NCBI GenBank assembly: GCA_053919585.1
Contig: CM132789.1
DNA: 64,000 bases
Reading direction: 5' to 3' (one strand)
Source of the DNA: Euprymna scolopes
Taxonomy: Eukaryota
Shown here: in pieces, positions 1-12,400 of the stretch
Layout of the letters: each line of letters starts with the position of its first letter
How positions within the stretch are numbered: the stretch's first letter is position 1
Program-made: the position numbers and the translations under genes
Notes under the pieces: model-generated
The model's input: the letters and a program-made list of their open reading frames with translations, nothing else
Databases searched by the model: none
Told to the model about the DNA's origin: nothing

Positions 1-262
1 GGCGATAAGATCAAAGTGTAGTATCTGTTCCGACAGATGCTGCAAGCGATGACTAGCAAAGACCATATGTGGGGGTAACCCCACATATCTGACCTTGGTC
101 ACTGTAGGGGCAACCCTTCATACCAACACTTACTAATCCAGCTCCCATTTCCCACCTCTCGGGAGCTGGTCCCCCCCTTTCCCTCCCTCCTCCCCCTATC
201 TCCACATTAAAAAACGGCCTTGTGCCTAATTTGCTCAGTGGGGAAGCAAATAAATCCAACAG
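1..262 (+). mobile_element. U2 snRNA-headed structured short element, copy 1 (5' end at or near the window edge)
   Basis: 6-30 TAAGATCAAAGTGTAGTATCTGTTC matches the invertebrate-type U2 5' segment; several hairpins follow; 3' block 199-254 is homologous to 24430-24489. Confidence 0.75.
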
Positions 263-584
263 GCCGAAAGCCAGTTGTCTCAAGAGAGCTAAGTAACGTT
301 TGTTCAATGTTGACTTCGTCATATCAGACTAGCTTTCATTTCGCTCCTCCTAGTAAACAGGGAGCGGATTTTTAAAAACAAACAAACCGATTTATTCACC
401 TCATTCAAAACTGTCCCGCACAAAATTGTAACTGCTGAATACCTATCGCCGTCACGTCAATCAAAAACACGCACCTGTTTTTTTTTTAAACACTTTACTA
501 TTTTCCAATTGTGCGTCGTGAAGGCTTCGTTTTTTTTCACATACCCCGAAAAGCACCCGGACAACGCCGGGTACCCCTCGCTAG
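263..584 (+). mobile_element. 3' end of a Helitron-type non-autonomous element
   Basis: GC-rich hairpin ACCCGG-ACAACG-CCGGGT (555-572), then CTAG (581-584) followed by T, the typical Helitron 3' terminus. Left boundary is approximate. Confidence 0.65.
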
Positions 585-3323
585 TATAATATAAGAGAAT
601 AAATTACAAAAACTTTTCTCAAGATATGCTTATCAATTATCATTATCAAGGGAAATAAATTAAATAAAAATAATGTTTAGTTAGCTAGAAAGACATACCA
701 ATGAGTAATTAGAGTTCACAGATGGTGACTTCTCTCTTTATCTCCCCTCTTAGTTTCTCTCTCTCTCTCTCTCTCAGAAGGTAACTTTCTACTCTTCCCT
801 CTTTTTCTCTGAAGACGATAGATTTTCTTTTTTATTGTTCATGAAGTATATGTTTTTATTTACGATGTAAAATAACAGATAATTATAAATATGCATGGTC
901 TGAAATGAAATCGCTGAATTCGGGGGGGGGGGGGTTGTTAGTTAACATTTATAAAATGAAAAATCTGTTATCAACAATCCCCAAATAAATAAATTTAAAA
1001 AAATAAAAGAACAGCCATGTTGCCTTTTCTACTTCATTCATTCTCATTTTAGTTTAATTAAATAAATTAAATAGGTTTCAGCATTACTTATAATCGAATT
1101 TTATATATATATATATATAACTTAAACCTTCTTTTAGAAAAACATTAAAAAATTCTAAGGTATGTCAAGTCTCATTCTACGCATAAAATGCCAAAATGAA
1201 AATTAAGTTGGAACAATATAGTCATCCAAACTAGTAGAAAAAGAGGCTAGCTAAGGAAGAACGATAACTCAATGTATTTGCATATCTTTTTAACTAGAAA
1301 ATTATGGGAAGATATTATTCTTACTTAGCTAGGATATTTATCATTGTTTATAAAGATAGTGACTATATTTTTACACCAAATTGAAAATAAGCACAAATTT
1401 AACCATATTCAATGATTAATTTGGCATAAAATTCTTATTCTAAATCAAGGTCTATTAAGTTTGGCTAGTTAATAATATTCTGTTGCAGGCTAAGGCTAGT
1501 ATCAACTACTTTGGTATCTTGTGCTTACAATTTACATTTTTTTTATTCTTTCGGAAAATGAAATAAAACTACAAAATTATATCCTATTTTTAAAATGTAT
1601 TACTATGTCTTTCATTTTTTTTTATTTTACAAATAAACAAAAACGTTAAGAAAAAGAACATTTTTTAAAATTATGTTTGTGTGTAAAAATAATTTTCATA
1701 TTTGTCTGCATGCTGCATTCCTTGAAATATAAACAAGAAAAAACATGTAGATTTACTTTTTTGCTTTCTCACATCAAACCAAAAATATCTTTCCATTTAG
1801 TTTAATTTTTTTCTAATTTTCATACCTGATAGAAATAAAATATTCAAACACATATGCACACATATAACTCTCCACATAATGAATTTATCAGACACATCTG
1901 ACATATGAGCATTAATTGACTTTACTATAATGGGCATAAAATGTTATCTATGAAGAATTCGCAAATAAATTTTAAAAAACTGATTCAAAATGAGTTTGAC
2001 AAAAAAGAGAAAATTGATGAAAAGATCAAATTATTTTACTGCTTTTCTTTATACAAAATTTTACTATGAAAGTTTTTTTTATTCAAAGAACTTTAATTTC
2101 AATTTTAGTTTGTTATAAATCCGTAGATATAAAATATATTTCTAGATCGAAGATGAATCCTTTGTGCTGTTTTTTAGTATCACACTAATTATCAATAACC
2201 TGTGATTATGGCAGAATGTTTTAGCCAATCAGAACAGAGCATGCTGTATCAGATAATGATTATATCAGTTCTCTAAGATGATTGCAATATTTTATAGGTG
2301 TCACCCCACTATTTCTCTTTACCGCGAAAAGTTTGTGTCTGAGATTGGAGACAGGATGTATTAAAGGGTTACAACTTCTGTTTTTGCATGGCTTACAGTT
2401 GTACAAAGTTGCCAATTTATCTTTTCTAAACATTACATACAGTGAATGTGTTAGTTACTTGTAGCTATCTTCTTTTCTTACATGCTAAAAGCCGGGGACC
2501 TTATCTATTTTTGTGTCTAAGATTGAAGCAGCTGAAACTTGAAGGAATGCTGTGTAGTGATGTAATATACCTTGTACTCACAAAAATATTTTGCTTCATC
2601 TTGCAAGCAAATTGATAAATTTGTTGTGAACTGGTAAGGATCCTAAAGAAAATATACAACTCGGTGTTTAGTAGAAACAAAATAAATTGAACAGAAAATT
2701 AAATATAACAAATAACAATTGATTATACGTCAGTTCAACTGCCAAGCCTGTATGATTTGTGTATAACCTCAAGAGATATATTCTCCCGGTTTTTATAGTA
2801 AGTAGAAAAGTTCATTGTTATCCATGATAATTTTATTCACTTTTTGAAATGTATATTTCTATAAATTACAACAAAAAAAAAAACTTACGTTTCATAACTT
2901 ATCTTAATTATAAGTTCTAGAAAATCTATGTTCACTCAGCGCATAAATACTTTTTATGAATACAATTTTTAATGACTTTCTCATAAAATTTATGCATAAA
3001 ACTGATGTTTATATGAATGAAAATAAAACAATAGTATTAGAAAATAAATTTTTTAAAACTTTTTTCTTTTAATCATTAAGTAAATTAAACACCTTGATAG
3101 TAACCATTACGTTCGGTATGCAAGAAACATTGTGATAAGTACTCATTAAAGTAACTTTGCATACATAAATACACTCAGCAGTATTAATACTAAAATAAGA
3201 CAATAATTTTCAATGTTTTAAATTATTTTTTTCTACAATAGTGATGTTTCAGTTATAACAAGATTGAATTGCATGACAATATTTGATTGACATGATTGTT
3301 TGTATAAATCTGTCTACTTTCAG

Positions 3324-3411
3324 TGGCCAAGGTCCATCTGAAGCTGATATTAATTTACTCGATACAGCAAGGAAAATTGAACAGTATGGAATCCGAAATT
3401 TTCCAGCAAAG
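3324..3411 (+). CDS. FARP: FARP/Cdep exon, FERM domain (GQGPSEADINLLDTARKIEQYGIRNFPAK)
   Basis: tttcag| acceptor, AAG|gtagct donor; 1+87 nt open; resembles the band 4.1/FARP1 FERM segment [29 protein letters not shown]. Confidence 0.93.
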
Positions 3412-4714
3412 GTAGCTTTTATTTTTTCTTTATAAATTTTACTTACTGTTTATAAAATGGACAGCTCTTTTTATTTTATCACTGTCATCAAGTTTTGAAA
3501 TTTAAGGTGCTGCAAGTGCCCTATTCTCTGGGGTAGACAACGTCTCACGTCTGTTTTTTATGCTGTCTGATCCATAGGATTGGCATTAGTTAGATTGCAG
3601 TCAAATCACTTATTACTCAAGCCAGGTCTTTCTCGGTCTAATATGCTATGACTCTAATATCTGCAATATCCAGGTATGTGATAGCGTTAATGCAAGAGGT
3701 GGCATGTATGGCCAAACTATCATGCACCATGCATTTATAATTCCACTACTAAAATTTTCCTTCATCATTTTATTCTTGCTTAATAAAAAATGGTATATTT
3801 TGGTATAAAAATTAAACAAACTATTGAATTTCATTTCTAATTACAATCAAATCAAATATTCTCTCTTTATAAAATAGAGAAAGGAATTTATCTTCTTTTC
3901 TGTTTTATTCTAAAATAGTTCAGAAAATTTTAGAATCTGTTGTAAAGAATTTAAAAACTAAACGAACAATGTTATTTATTTGAGGGGAGGGGGAGTTCGT
4001 GTTCAAAATCCACTTCATATTAAAAAAAGTAATTTTGTCAGTAAGCAAAGAGGGACTGCCTCAAAGAAAAAACAAAGGAAGATAACTCAGCAATAATTCA
4101 AATTTGCAAGATCAACCTTGTAATGCCTATAATTTCCTATTAATCGTGTTAAATCATTTAAAAATGATTTAATTTAGAAAAATATAACTACTTAATCAAT
4201 TTATGTGATTTTTAAAAATCTTTTCGTTCTGTTGCAGATATGTACCTCATCATAATTATTTTTTTGTATTTTTGTTTTCTAATATAGGGAGAATTCTGGG
4301 CGACCACCCTTTTTAAAAATAAATCTGTTGTAATATCTCTTGTAAAGAGTAAAAAATTAAAAGTAAAAAATAAAATAAAAAGCCATAACATTGGTGCAAT
4401 TAGAATTACATTTTGAATTTGGCAATTTTTTATACGAATGTGACATTAGAATGCTCCCTCCCAAAAAAAACTTTTGTAAAAATGGTAAACAAGTTTTTAT
4501 ATTTATACAATAAACAACAATCATATTCCACCTACTTTACTCTAGATTGAAAAAATATGATTTTCTTGAAAACTCTTAAGTGATCATAAAATTTTTTAAA
4601 CGATCACTTTTAACAAAAATGATAATGCAAATAGTTAAGTATTAATAAGTTATAAAGTTTTTTTGGTTTTTTTTCGTGTTAAATACCAAGAAAAAAGAAG
4701 TTAAGTAACCAACA

Positions 4715-4961
4715 ATAGTTGAGGGCAACCCAAAGGTTCCCTTTTTCATCGACTGCTATACTGAGGTGTAGAGGAGGATGTCAATCCATTCCCAGGATTA
4801 CTCCACTTGCCCTTGATCCTCCCTTTATAATGCTGAGAGTTTAGCAAGGAAGTATCAATTACTGTTTTTTTTTGTTTTAGCCTTTGATATGACTTGACCA
4901 AGGATTAAATCCTGGTTTCTCAGCTAATTAATAAATGCTCTTACCAACATGTCAAATGGCC
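4715..4961 (-). mobile_element. Degenerate tRNA-derived SINE
   Basis: Minus strand begins with a decayed A-box/B-box head (TTGGTAAGAGC...GGATTTAATCC) followed by a body resembling a common cephalopod-type SINE (recalled, not searched). Confidence 0.6.
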
Positions 4962-5994
4962 TGATAAATGGTTACAAAATTAAATGATATTTTAAAAAAT
5001 ATTTTAACAAAAGCAAATAGCATAACTTGTAAATAATAATTTAAGTTACATAACAAGAAAAATTCAATTTTATTAATCTAGAAAATTAACTAGCGGCTGC
5101 ATCAGCAACCGGTGTAGCTTCTGAATAATAAGAGAAATTTCCAAAGTGCTAACCGAAATAAGATAACCACAAAAGTTGTAGTCGATTGAATATTTTTAAA
5201 GATATTTCTGAGCCCACAACAACCGATAGTTTTATTCAGTTTTATTGATATATCTGGCATAATTTATTATCAATTGTAAAACTGTTTATTTTTTAATGTT
5301 ACATTTATACAACTCGAAAATGACTTCTGAGTTATTTCCCTTTATTAAAATGGTTAATTATATCAAAGGGAGACAACTTAGCATTTCTCAGTGGAGAAGA
5401 TTAGCTTACAAACAGTCACACGATGCTACAAAATGAAAAGATGTTATCAAGATTGATTTGTTTTTAACTGCAACATGCTGTTCAAAGGATTGTGTCTACT
5501 GTTACGAATGCATGCCATGCGAGATGAAAATATGAATCACCGGATTAAAGGAAATAATTTTTAAAGAAAAGCTGGAATTATTTCTCAAGGTTTCTTTTCA
5601 GTAACAGAACATTGGATGAAAAAAATGGTCAATACAAGAAATTATATAAATTATATTTATTTACAGAGAGGATGAATATACAAAACCAAAGGAGAATGTT
5701 AGTTTAATAACAGAAGCGTAATTAATTTAATAATATTGAGCAAAATTCATACAAAGCAAATATATCATCAGAGTAAAAACAAAAACCGTTATCTGTTTGA
5801 CGAAAAGTAACTTCAGTGTAAAGCAAATATTTTCACAAATTAAAAAACAAATTGTTTAAATTTCTTTTGAGATTCAAACAGGTGTCTCGGGAGTTCGGTG
5901 CTGTGTGTGAGAAATTTGGGTATTGTTAGGACGATAGTTCCACTATCAAAGAGAGGTAACTCCTTTTTTTGTTTCAGGCGGAATTACCTCCACG

Positions 5995-6025
<31 letters not shown>

Positions 6026-6560
6026 TAGGCGTCACCACTTATCAAGGTCGATAGGCCACTCAAGGATAAGGGTTAAAGAGTGTAGAGTATTCAAAAGGAC
6101 AATATAGTAATCGATAGTAATGGAAGTTCGGTAAATTTGTTAACTTAAGTGGAACGGATCATCAGAAACTTGTTCACGTTGGACTTGAAGACAACCATAT
6201 TATAGACAGCTGGAAAGCAGGAAAACGGAAGACAATTCCACAGGCGTGCAGTTCTAAGAAAGAAGCTTTGATCATGGAATCTATGTTTAGGTTTAGGTAC
6301 AGATAAAGAGTGGGGAAAATTATTGATAATGTTTTCAGCTAGTCTAGTGTTTCTTGTGAAAGTTTGGCGAGGGGGGACCATAGATTGAAGCTCAGTTGAA
6401 CACTTTCCATGAAAATAACGATAAAGCAGAGACAAACTCGCAACATCTCTTCTGTGAGATAGAGGTTGCAGCGAAGAGAAAAGGACATCTCCCACCCGGC
6501 CACGAAGTCTATTTTGAACCCTATCAAGGCAGGACAAGTCTTTTCTAGCAGCTCTAGTCA
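5995..6560 (-). mobile_element. 5'-truncated non-LTR retrotransposon (CR1/L2/Jockey-group-like), C-terminus of ORF2 + 3' UTR + poly(A)
   Basis: ORF 6145-6561 (LDRVQNR...LQPLSHRRDVASLSLLYRYFHGKCS...SFFLRTARLWNCLP); 28-nt poly(A) at 5995-6022; 3' UTR shared with the copies at ~15670-15850 and ~62850-62916. Confidence 0.9.
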
Positions 6561-7001
6561 ACTCAAGTCAACTTTTCTTCAACGACTTTCTGTCATTCAT
6601 GTGCTACACACACACACACACACACACACACACTCGTCTTCGGGCATAATCTTCTGCATGGCATTATTAGTTATGATATACCAACACTCATTCATAATGG
6701 GGTTTAATATCTCTTGCTGTCGATAAAGCTGGCTCGAGACATTGAGAAGATAAGTCTAATAATAAACTTTGTGATTGGATTCTTTTGATAAACAATTGTG
6801 TATTCACTTTGTTTCATTTTACTTCAAAGTTTTCAGAAATCAAGGGGCTCTTTCCTATGAGCTAACACTTGATCTCTGTATGAGACACATATTTGAATGT
6901 TCCTTGAGCAAAAGCAATGTGAGATAATTTTATTGTTAATCAATATAACTAGTATATACCATTTTATGCTATTTTAATACTTTCATTTTCCATTATTTCA
7001 G

Positions 7002-7157
7002 GACCATGAAGGAGTACATTTGAGCTTGGCTGTTGCACATATGGGAATTGTTGTTTTCCAAAATTTTACAAGAATAAACACATTTTCTTGGGCAAAAATA
7101 AGAAAATTAAGTTTTAAACGTAAAAAATTTCTCATCAAACTTCATCCTGAAAATTAT
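7002..7157 (+). CDS. FARP: FARP/Cdep exon, FERM C-lobe ([52 protein letters not shown])
   Basis: tttcag| and |gtgagt; phase 0/0; contains the [23 protein letters not shown] signature. Confidence 0.96.
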
Positions 7158-8322
7158 GTGAGTTGGTTTTATTAATTTTTCAGGAATTTTTTTTTTTTTT
7201 TTTTGTATTTTTTAAATGCTATCAAATCATAAAATATTCTTAGATAAAACAAAAAAAGCACTGTTTTAAAAACTTGAAAAAAATATACAATGAAAACTAT
7301 GGCCTTAGAGACAAGACATAATAAATTAATTTTAAGTTGATTCAAATAAACATTAAAATTTCATTTTATATGAAACAATGGTGGAGGTTTGGAATAGAGG
7401 CTGCCGTGTCTTGGGACTATTTTTTGGATTTTCTCTTCAAAAGAAATGCATATTATTCTTGATAAATGAATTTAAGAAAAGATTTTTATGTATCATGCAT
7501 AATTCACTTTGCTATTTTACATTTGTTATCAAATGAACACTTGACAGTTGGTATAATCGAAATTGAAATACCTTATTTTTATGTTAAAAATAGCACAACA
7601 ATTGTTTTCATTCTAAATAAAAGATTTCGGTTATATAAGGTATAAAATCTAAGTTCATTTTACAATGAAGACTTAATAACAAAGTGAATGAAAATAAAAA
7701 TGTTGAATTAAGTAATCGTGCTTTATATTGGTAATTAATAACAATTTGCTTTCTTTTTTATATATGAAAAGATGTAGAAAAAATAAGTAAAAATGAGCTG
7801 GACTTTATTCCAAACCTCAGCCGAAAAAAATTAAATGACTTTAGTAATTGTTCCTATATCTGTATCAACAATCTATATTGCTTTAAGTAAAAAAATAAAT
7901 AAAATCTTTGATTTCTATTTAGAAACTATTGATTTCTATTTGATGCAACTTAAAGGTGACAACAGCTTCTGTATTATTTGAACGATTGATTATTTAGATA
8001 TTTTCCTCATTTTTAAAGTTCAATACATGAATTATTGGTTAACGTTTGTAAACAAAAAATATGAAACATTTATAAACAATTATCTGAAATATAATTGTGA
8101 ACATGTATTTTTAAAATACAAGTCAATATTAGTTAGAATACTTCTACTGTCCACATTTTCAATAAATTATTTTATTCTCTCAAATAAATGCATCTACTAT
8201 AATGTGCTAGTTCAGGTGAAACAATGTTCAATCAATAATGAATACTTATTTGGATTCTTAATAAGTATTCAATACATGTACTTATTTTTGTGGAGAGACA
8301 TTTACTAATGAATACTCTTTTT

Positions 8323-8788
8323 GGCACTTGTACAGTTTAATCAGGACATTAAAAAATGAAAATATCGAAAAAATGTTATATTGCACGTATCCGTTATGGA
8401 ATGAAGTTCTCCAAAAAACAATTTCACTTAATTCCATCAAGTACTTTTTGTTTTACAGCAAAAAAACAATTTGTTATGATACCGAGCAAAAGGAAGAAAA
8501 GCTAGTATTAAAGATGGGGAGGGAATGTCGGCGCTTTAACTGGAGTTATCTCCCCGTGACGTGTTCTAAATTCCAAACAAAAATTTAAAATATTCCAAGA
8601 TGTCTCCCTTCAACGTGCTCTCATAAAAACGTGTTTTTCCGCTGTAAAAAAAAAAAAAAAAAAACTACTCGATCAAATTAAGTGAAATTTATTTTCGAAG
8701 ATCTTCTGTTCAAAGCGGATACGTACAATCTAACCTTTTTTTTCAATATTTTCATTTTTTAATGCCTTGATTAAACTGTACAAGTACC
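8323..8788. mobile_element. MITE with ~140-bp imperfect TIRs (GG termini), probable 8-bp TSD
   Basis: GGCACTTGTACAGTTTAATC... versus ...GATTAAACTGTACAAGTACC; flanks CTCTTTTT / CTCTTTTC. GG ends with an 8-bp TSD suggest Merlin-like (inference). Confidence 0.8.
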
Positions 8789-9477
8789 CTCTTTTCAATG
8801 TAAAGTTATTTCCCTTTGAGTAACTGGATATTAAGAATAATGTGGTTAATAAAGTAGTACTAGCAGGTGGCACTGTGGGTTTATATAGCATTTGTTTTCT
8901 TAATTTACATATCAATCATGCTTGGCTTAGTCTGGAAACTAAAAGTTTGACAAGAGCCAGTAGATTGCAGATAGGATCTTTTTTTTTATTATTATTGTTT
9001 GTATAGGTTTACTTGCATAGAGTTTAAATATTGGATTGGAAGGTAATAATTGTTAGAAATTACTTAACAGAAGGAAAGATTCACATTTGTCATTAAATTC
9101 TTTTGCTATTTTTTTATAAGATTAAAAATCATAGAAAACGAATCCATGTTGCCAATCTCAAAGTTGATCAAATCAATATGGTGTTAGATAATGCTATTTT
9201 CAAGATTAAAGTTATGTCCCTTGAATAATTAGATTAGAGCAGAACAGTTATTTTTGTGGAGAGATATTTGTTAAATAATGAATAATTTTTTCAAGATTGT
9301 AATTATGTCCCCTTGAATAATTAGATGTCTAGAATAAAATGATCAATAGTAGTAGTAGTAGTAGTAGTAGTAAGTTGCAATGTTGGTTAGTTTAAGTGTC
9401 CTTTTGTTGGCTTATGAGTCAATAATGCATGGCTTATTCTAAATAGTAAAAATATGACAAGAGTCTATAGATTACAG

Positions 9478-12400
9478 GATCTTATTTTGGATTATTTGGA
9501 TTCTTCAGTTTACTGTTTTCATCTTGAGTGTTATTTTCACAACATTTCAATTGATGTAACCTCCAACCTTCTTCAGGAATATTTTTGTTGAACTCAGGAA
9601 TCTGCACAGAATTTGAAATAGAACCGACCTTGTCGAGTGGGCATTAGAATACCTTCAATTCGGCCATTTGTTGATTGTGGGTGGCGATTCATGATGCTTA
9701 AGGATGGGATTCTGGTGATTGAGCAGATCATGCCCAGGACATCATAAAGATATAAACTGCAGCATACCACTTTGGCCTTTACTTGGGCTAGACAGGGGGT
9801 TGAATAGATCTGATTCAATCAATCAGTTGGTCACATCTAGCTCTAACTTTCCACATTATATGATAAACTGATTTAGTAAGCCGTGGCTGAAGGGTCAAAC
9901 TACTTGACAGATAATGAACCCAACACGGCAAACATATTTTTTCTAAAAAGAAACTTAGAAGTAAATGGAAGAACCACGGATGCTTGGATCCACCAAAGGG
10001 TAGAGTATACCCTTCCTATATCCCTATTGTGTTGGGATGAATGGATTTTCCTCTCAACATCTCCCACATAGGGCTCTGAGGGTAGTGGGGAGCAGGAGAG
10101 ATGAACAAAAGCACAAAATTATGTACAACAATCAGCCTCATAAAAAAAAAAATCATTCTGAAGTTACGGATCTTACTAGTTCAGACCCAGAAATCGAAAT
10201 GAAATATAAAAGCACAAACTTCCCAACATACATAGTGATGGAAAACTCTGTTAAAAAAATATCAATTTTCAAAATAGAAAATAATATTCTACAAAAGTAT
10301 CAAAAAAAAAAAAAAACTAAACAACAGCACAATACTAATTGAAATAACAAATAGAAAACAAGCAAAAAAAAAAAAGCAGAAGAGCTACTAAAATGAAAAC
10401 AATTTGAGAATACAGCAATCAAAACTTAACCACATAAAACACTAAACTCGAGCAAAAACAAAATAAAAAGTTCTGAACTATCACTATGCACAATGGAAGA
10501 AATGAAGGACACTCTCAAAACACAAAATGTTACAGATGTACAAAGAATACAAAGAAGAAAAACAAATTATATTCACTAATACATAATCCTAACTTTTGAT
10601 ACCCCCCCTCCTGCCAAATTCTCCAAAATATCAAAATAGGATATCTGATAATAAACACAGAACCATACATCTTTAACCCTCTAAGATGTCACAATTGTCA
10701 AAGATCTAGACATCATTGTGACCAATATACACCCCTCCCTCAACATGCATAAGATGCGTGGAGGGAAAATAGATTCACACAAAGAATGCAAAAATAAATT
10801 TAAATGCGTTAATTGCAATGAAACTCAATGGGAAAACTCCAAAAATTACCCTATTTGGAGAAAAGAAAAAGGGACCCTCAAAATAAAATGCACCAAAAAC
10901 ATTATGTTCTTGAAAACATTAGAAAACACCAATTATGCAGAAATAAATAAAAGAAACCTATCAAATACTAACATACCCAAATCACCATACAAAAGCAATA
11001 AACCAATGTGAAGATGTCACAAAACTCTTAAATCAAATGAAAAATTTACTAGAATTAAAAAAAAAAACACAAACTAAATTAATAGTGAAAACAAAATCTA
11101 CCCAAATAAAAACCAAAATATGACTTAACATCGGATTTAATAAAAAACCAAACCAAAAATATACACAAAACCACAAACTGCAACTACTTCTACACAAACA
11201 GTTATCCCCATGAAATTGGAGGGGGGGGGGCGAATCACACCAAAAGCAATAAAATCATCACCCAACAACAAAGAACCTAAATCCAAAAGAAGGAAAACAT
11301 TGATCTGTATCAATTATCTAAAATAAAAATTCCTTTCCAAAATCAAATTCAGGCAATGGATACAGAAAATGAAAGACCAGACCCCCCCCCTCCCCCCCCA
11401 AAGAAATAAAAAAAGTAAAGAGAAAAACATCCACAACATTACACTACAACTACCCACATCCTTCATATTACTAAGAGACTTTAATTTCCACGGCCGAATA
11501 TGGAGTGGCAGTGAAATCAACCAAAAGAGCAAATTCATCAAAAGTTTCATAAACAAAAATAACCTATGCATTTACAACAACCAATCGTCAACACTTGGGT
11601 AAATATTCAACAATAGACCTAACCTTATATGATTGGTCCGTCCTAATGGACTTTTCATGGTCAACACACAATGATACGTGTGCAAATAACCACTTCCTTA
11701 TGATCCTAGAAGGTCTGAATACCAATCCAAAAGACAAAATTCCAAATTGGAACCTCAAAAAAGAAAACTTGAACAAATTTACAACAATTTGTTCCACAGA
11801 ACTAACTCCCAACTCAAACACCAAAAACCAAGATCAAATTACATACTTCACCATAACAATAACTTTCATAGCAGAAAAATGTATCCCTGAATTTTCTAAA
11901 TGCACCAAACATAACTATTCTTGGTTCAATGAAGAATGCCGAAAAGCTATCAAACTATGCAAAGCTGTTCTACACAAATTCAACGTGCATCCAACAGCAG
12001 AAACTAAAATTCTTTCAAAATATGCAGAACCAAAAGTATAACAAATAATTAAATAATCTAAATGTTCTACATAGAAAAAAATCATATCCAAAATTAACTC
12101 TAACACAAAAACATAAACTGTGTGAAATACGATCAGAAAAATTGCTGTCAAAAACACAACTACCCCTCTCAAACATCTAAACAACAATACAAAAGTAACT
12201 GACCCCAAATTGCCAATACATTTGCCCAATACTTTGAACAAAACTCTTCTGCTACAAACCACAATAAGAAATTTCAGAACTTGAAAAACAATAATGAAAA
12301 GATAAAACTGGACTTTCACTCAAAAATAAAAAAATACAATTTCCCTTTTACCTTCACTGAATTACAGAACACCTTAGTTGGACCTGACAACATATACTAT

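Noticed and set aside
6-30. Functional U2 snRNA gene
   Set aside because: Similarity stops after TCTGTTC; stem IIa/IIb and the 3' stem-loops of U2 are absent in both copies.
53-322. 89-aa minus ORF and the many other short F/L/I/K-rich ORFs in introns
   Set aside because: No recognisable domains or splice support; expected by chance in AT-rich or repeat DNA.
5982-6590. Hammerhead interrupted by the LINE fragment (minus TGAAGA...AAACGTGG)
   Set aside because: Core incomplete and junction ambiguous; cannot be reconstructed from one copy.
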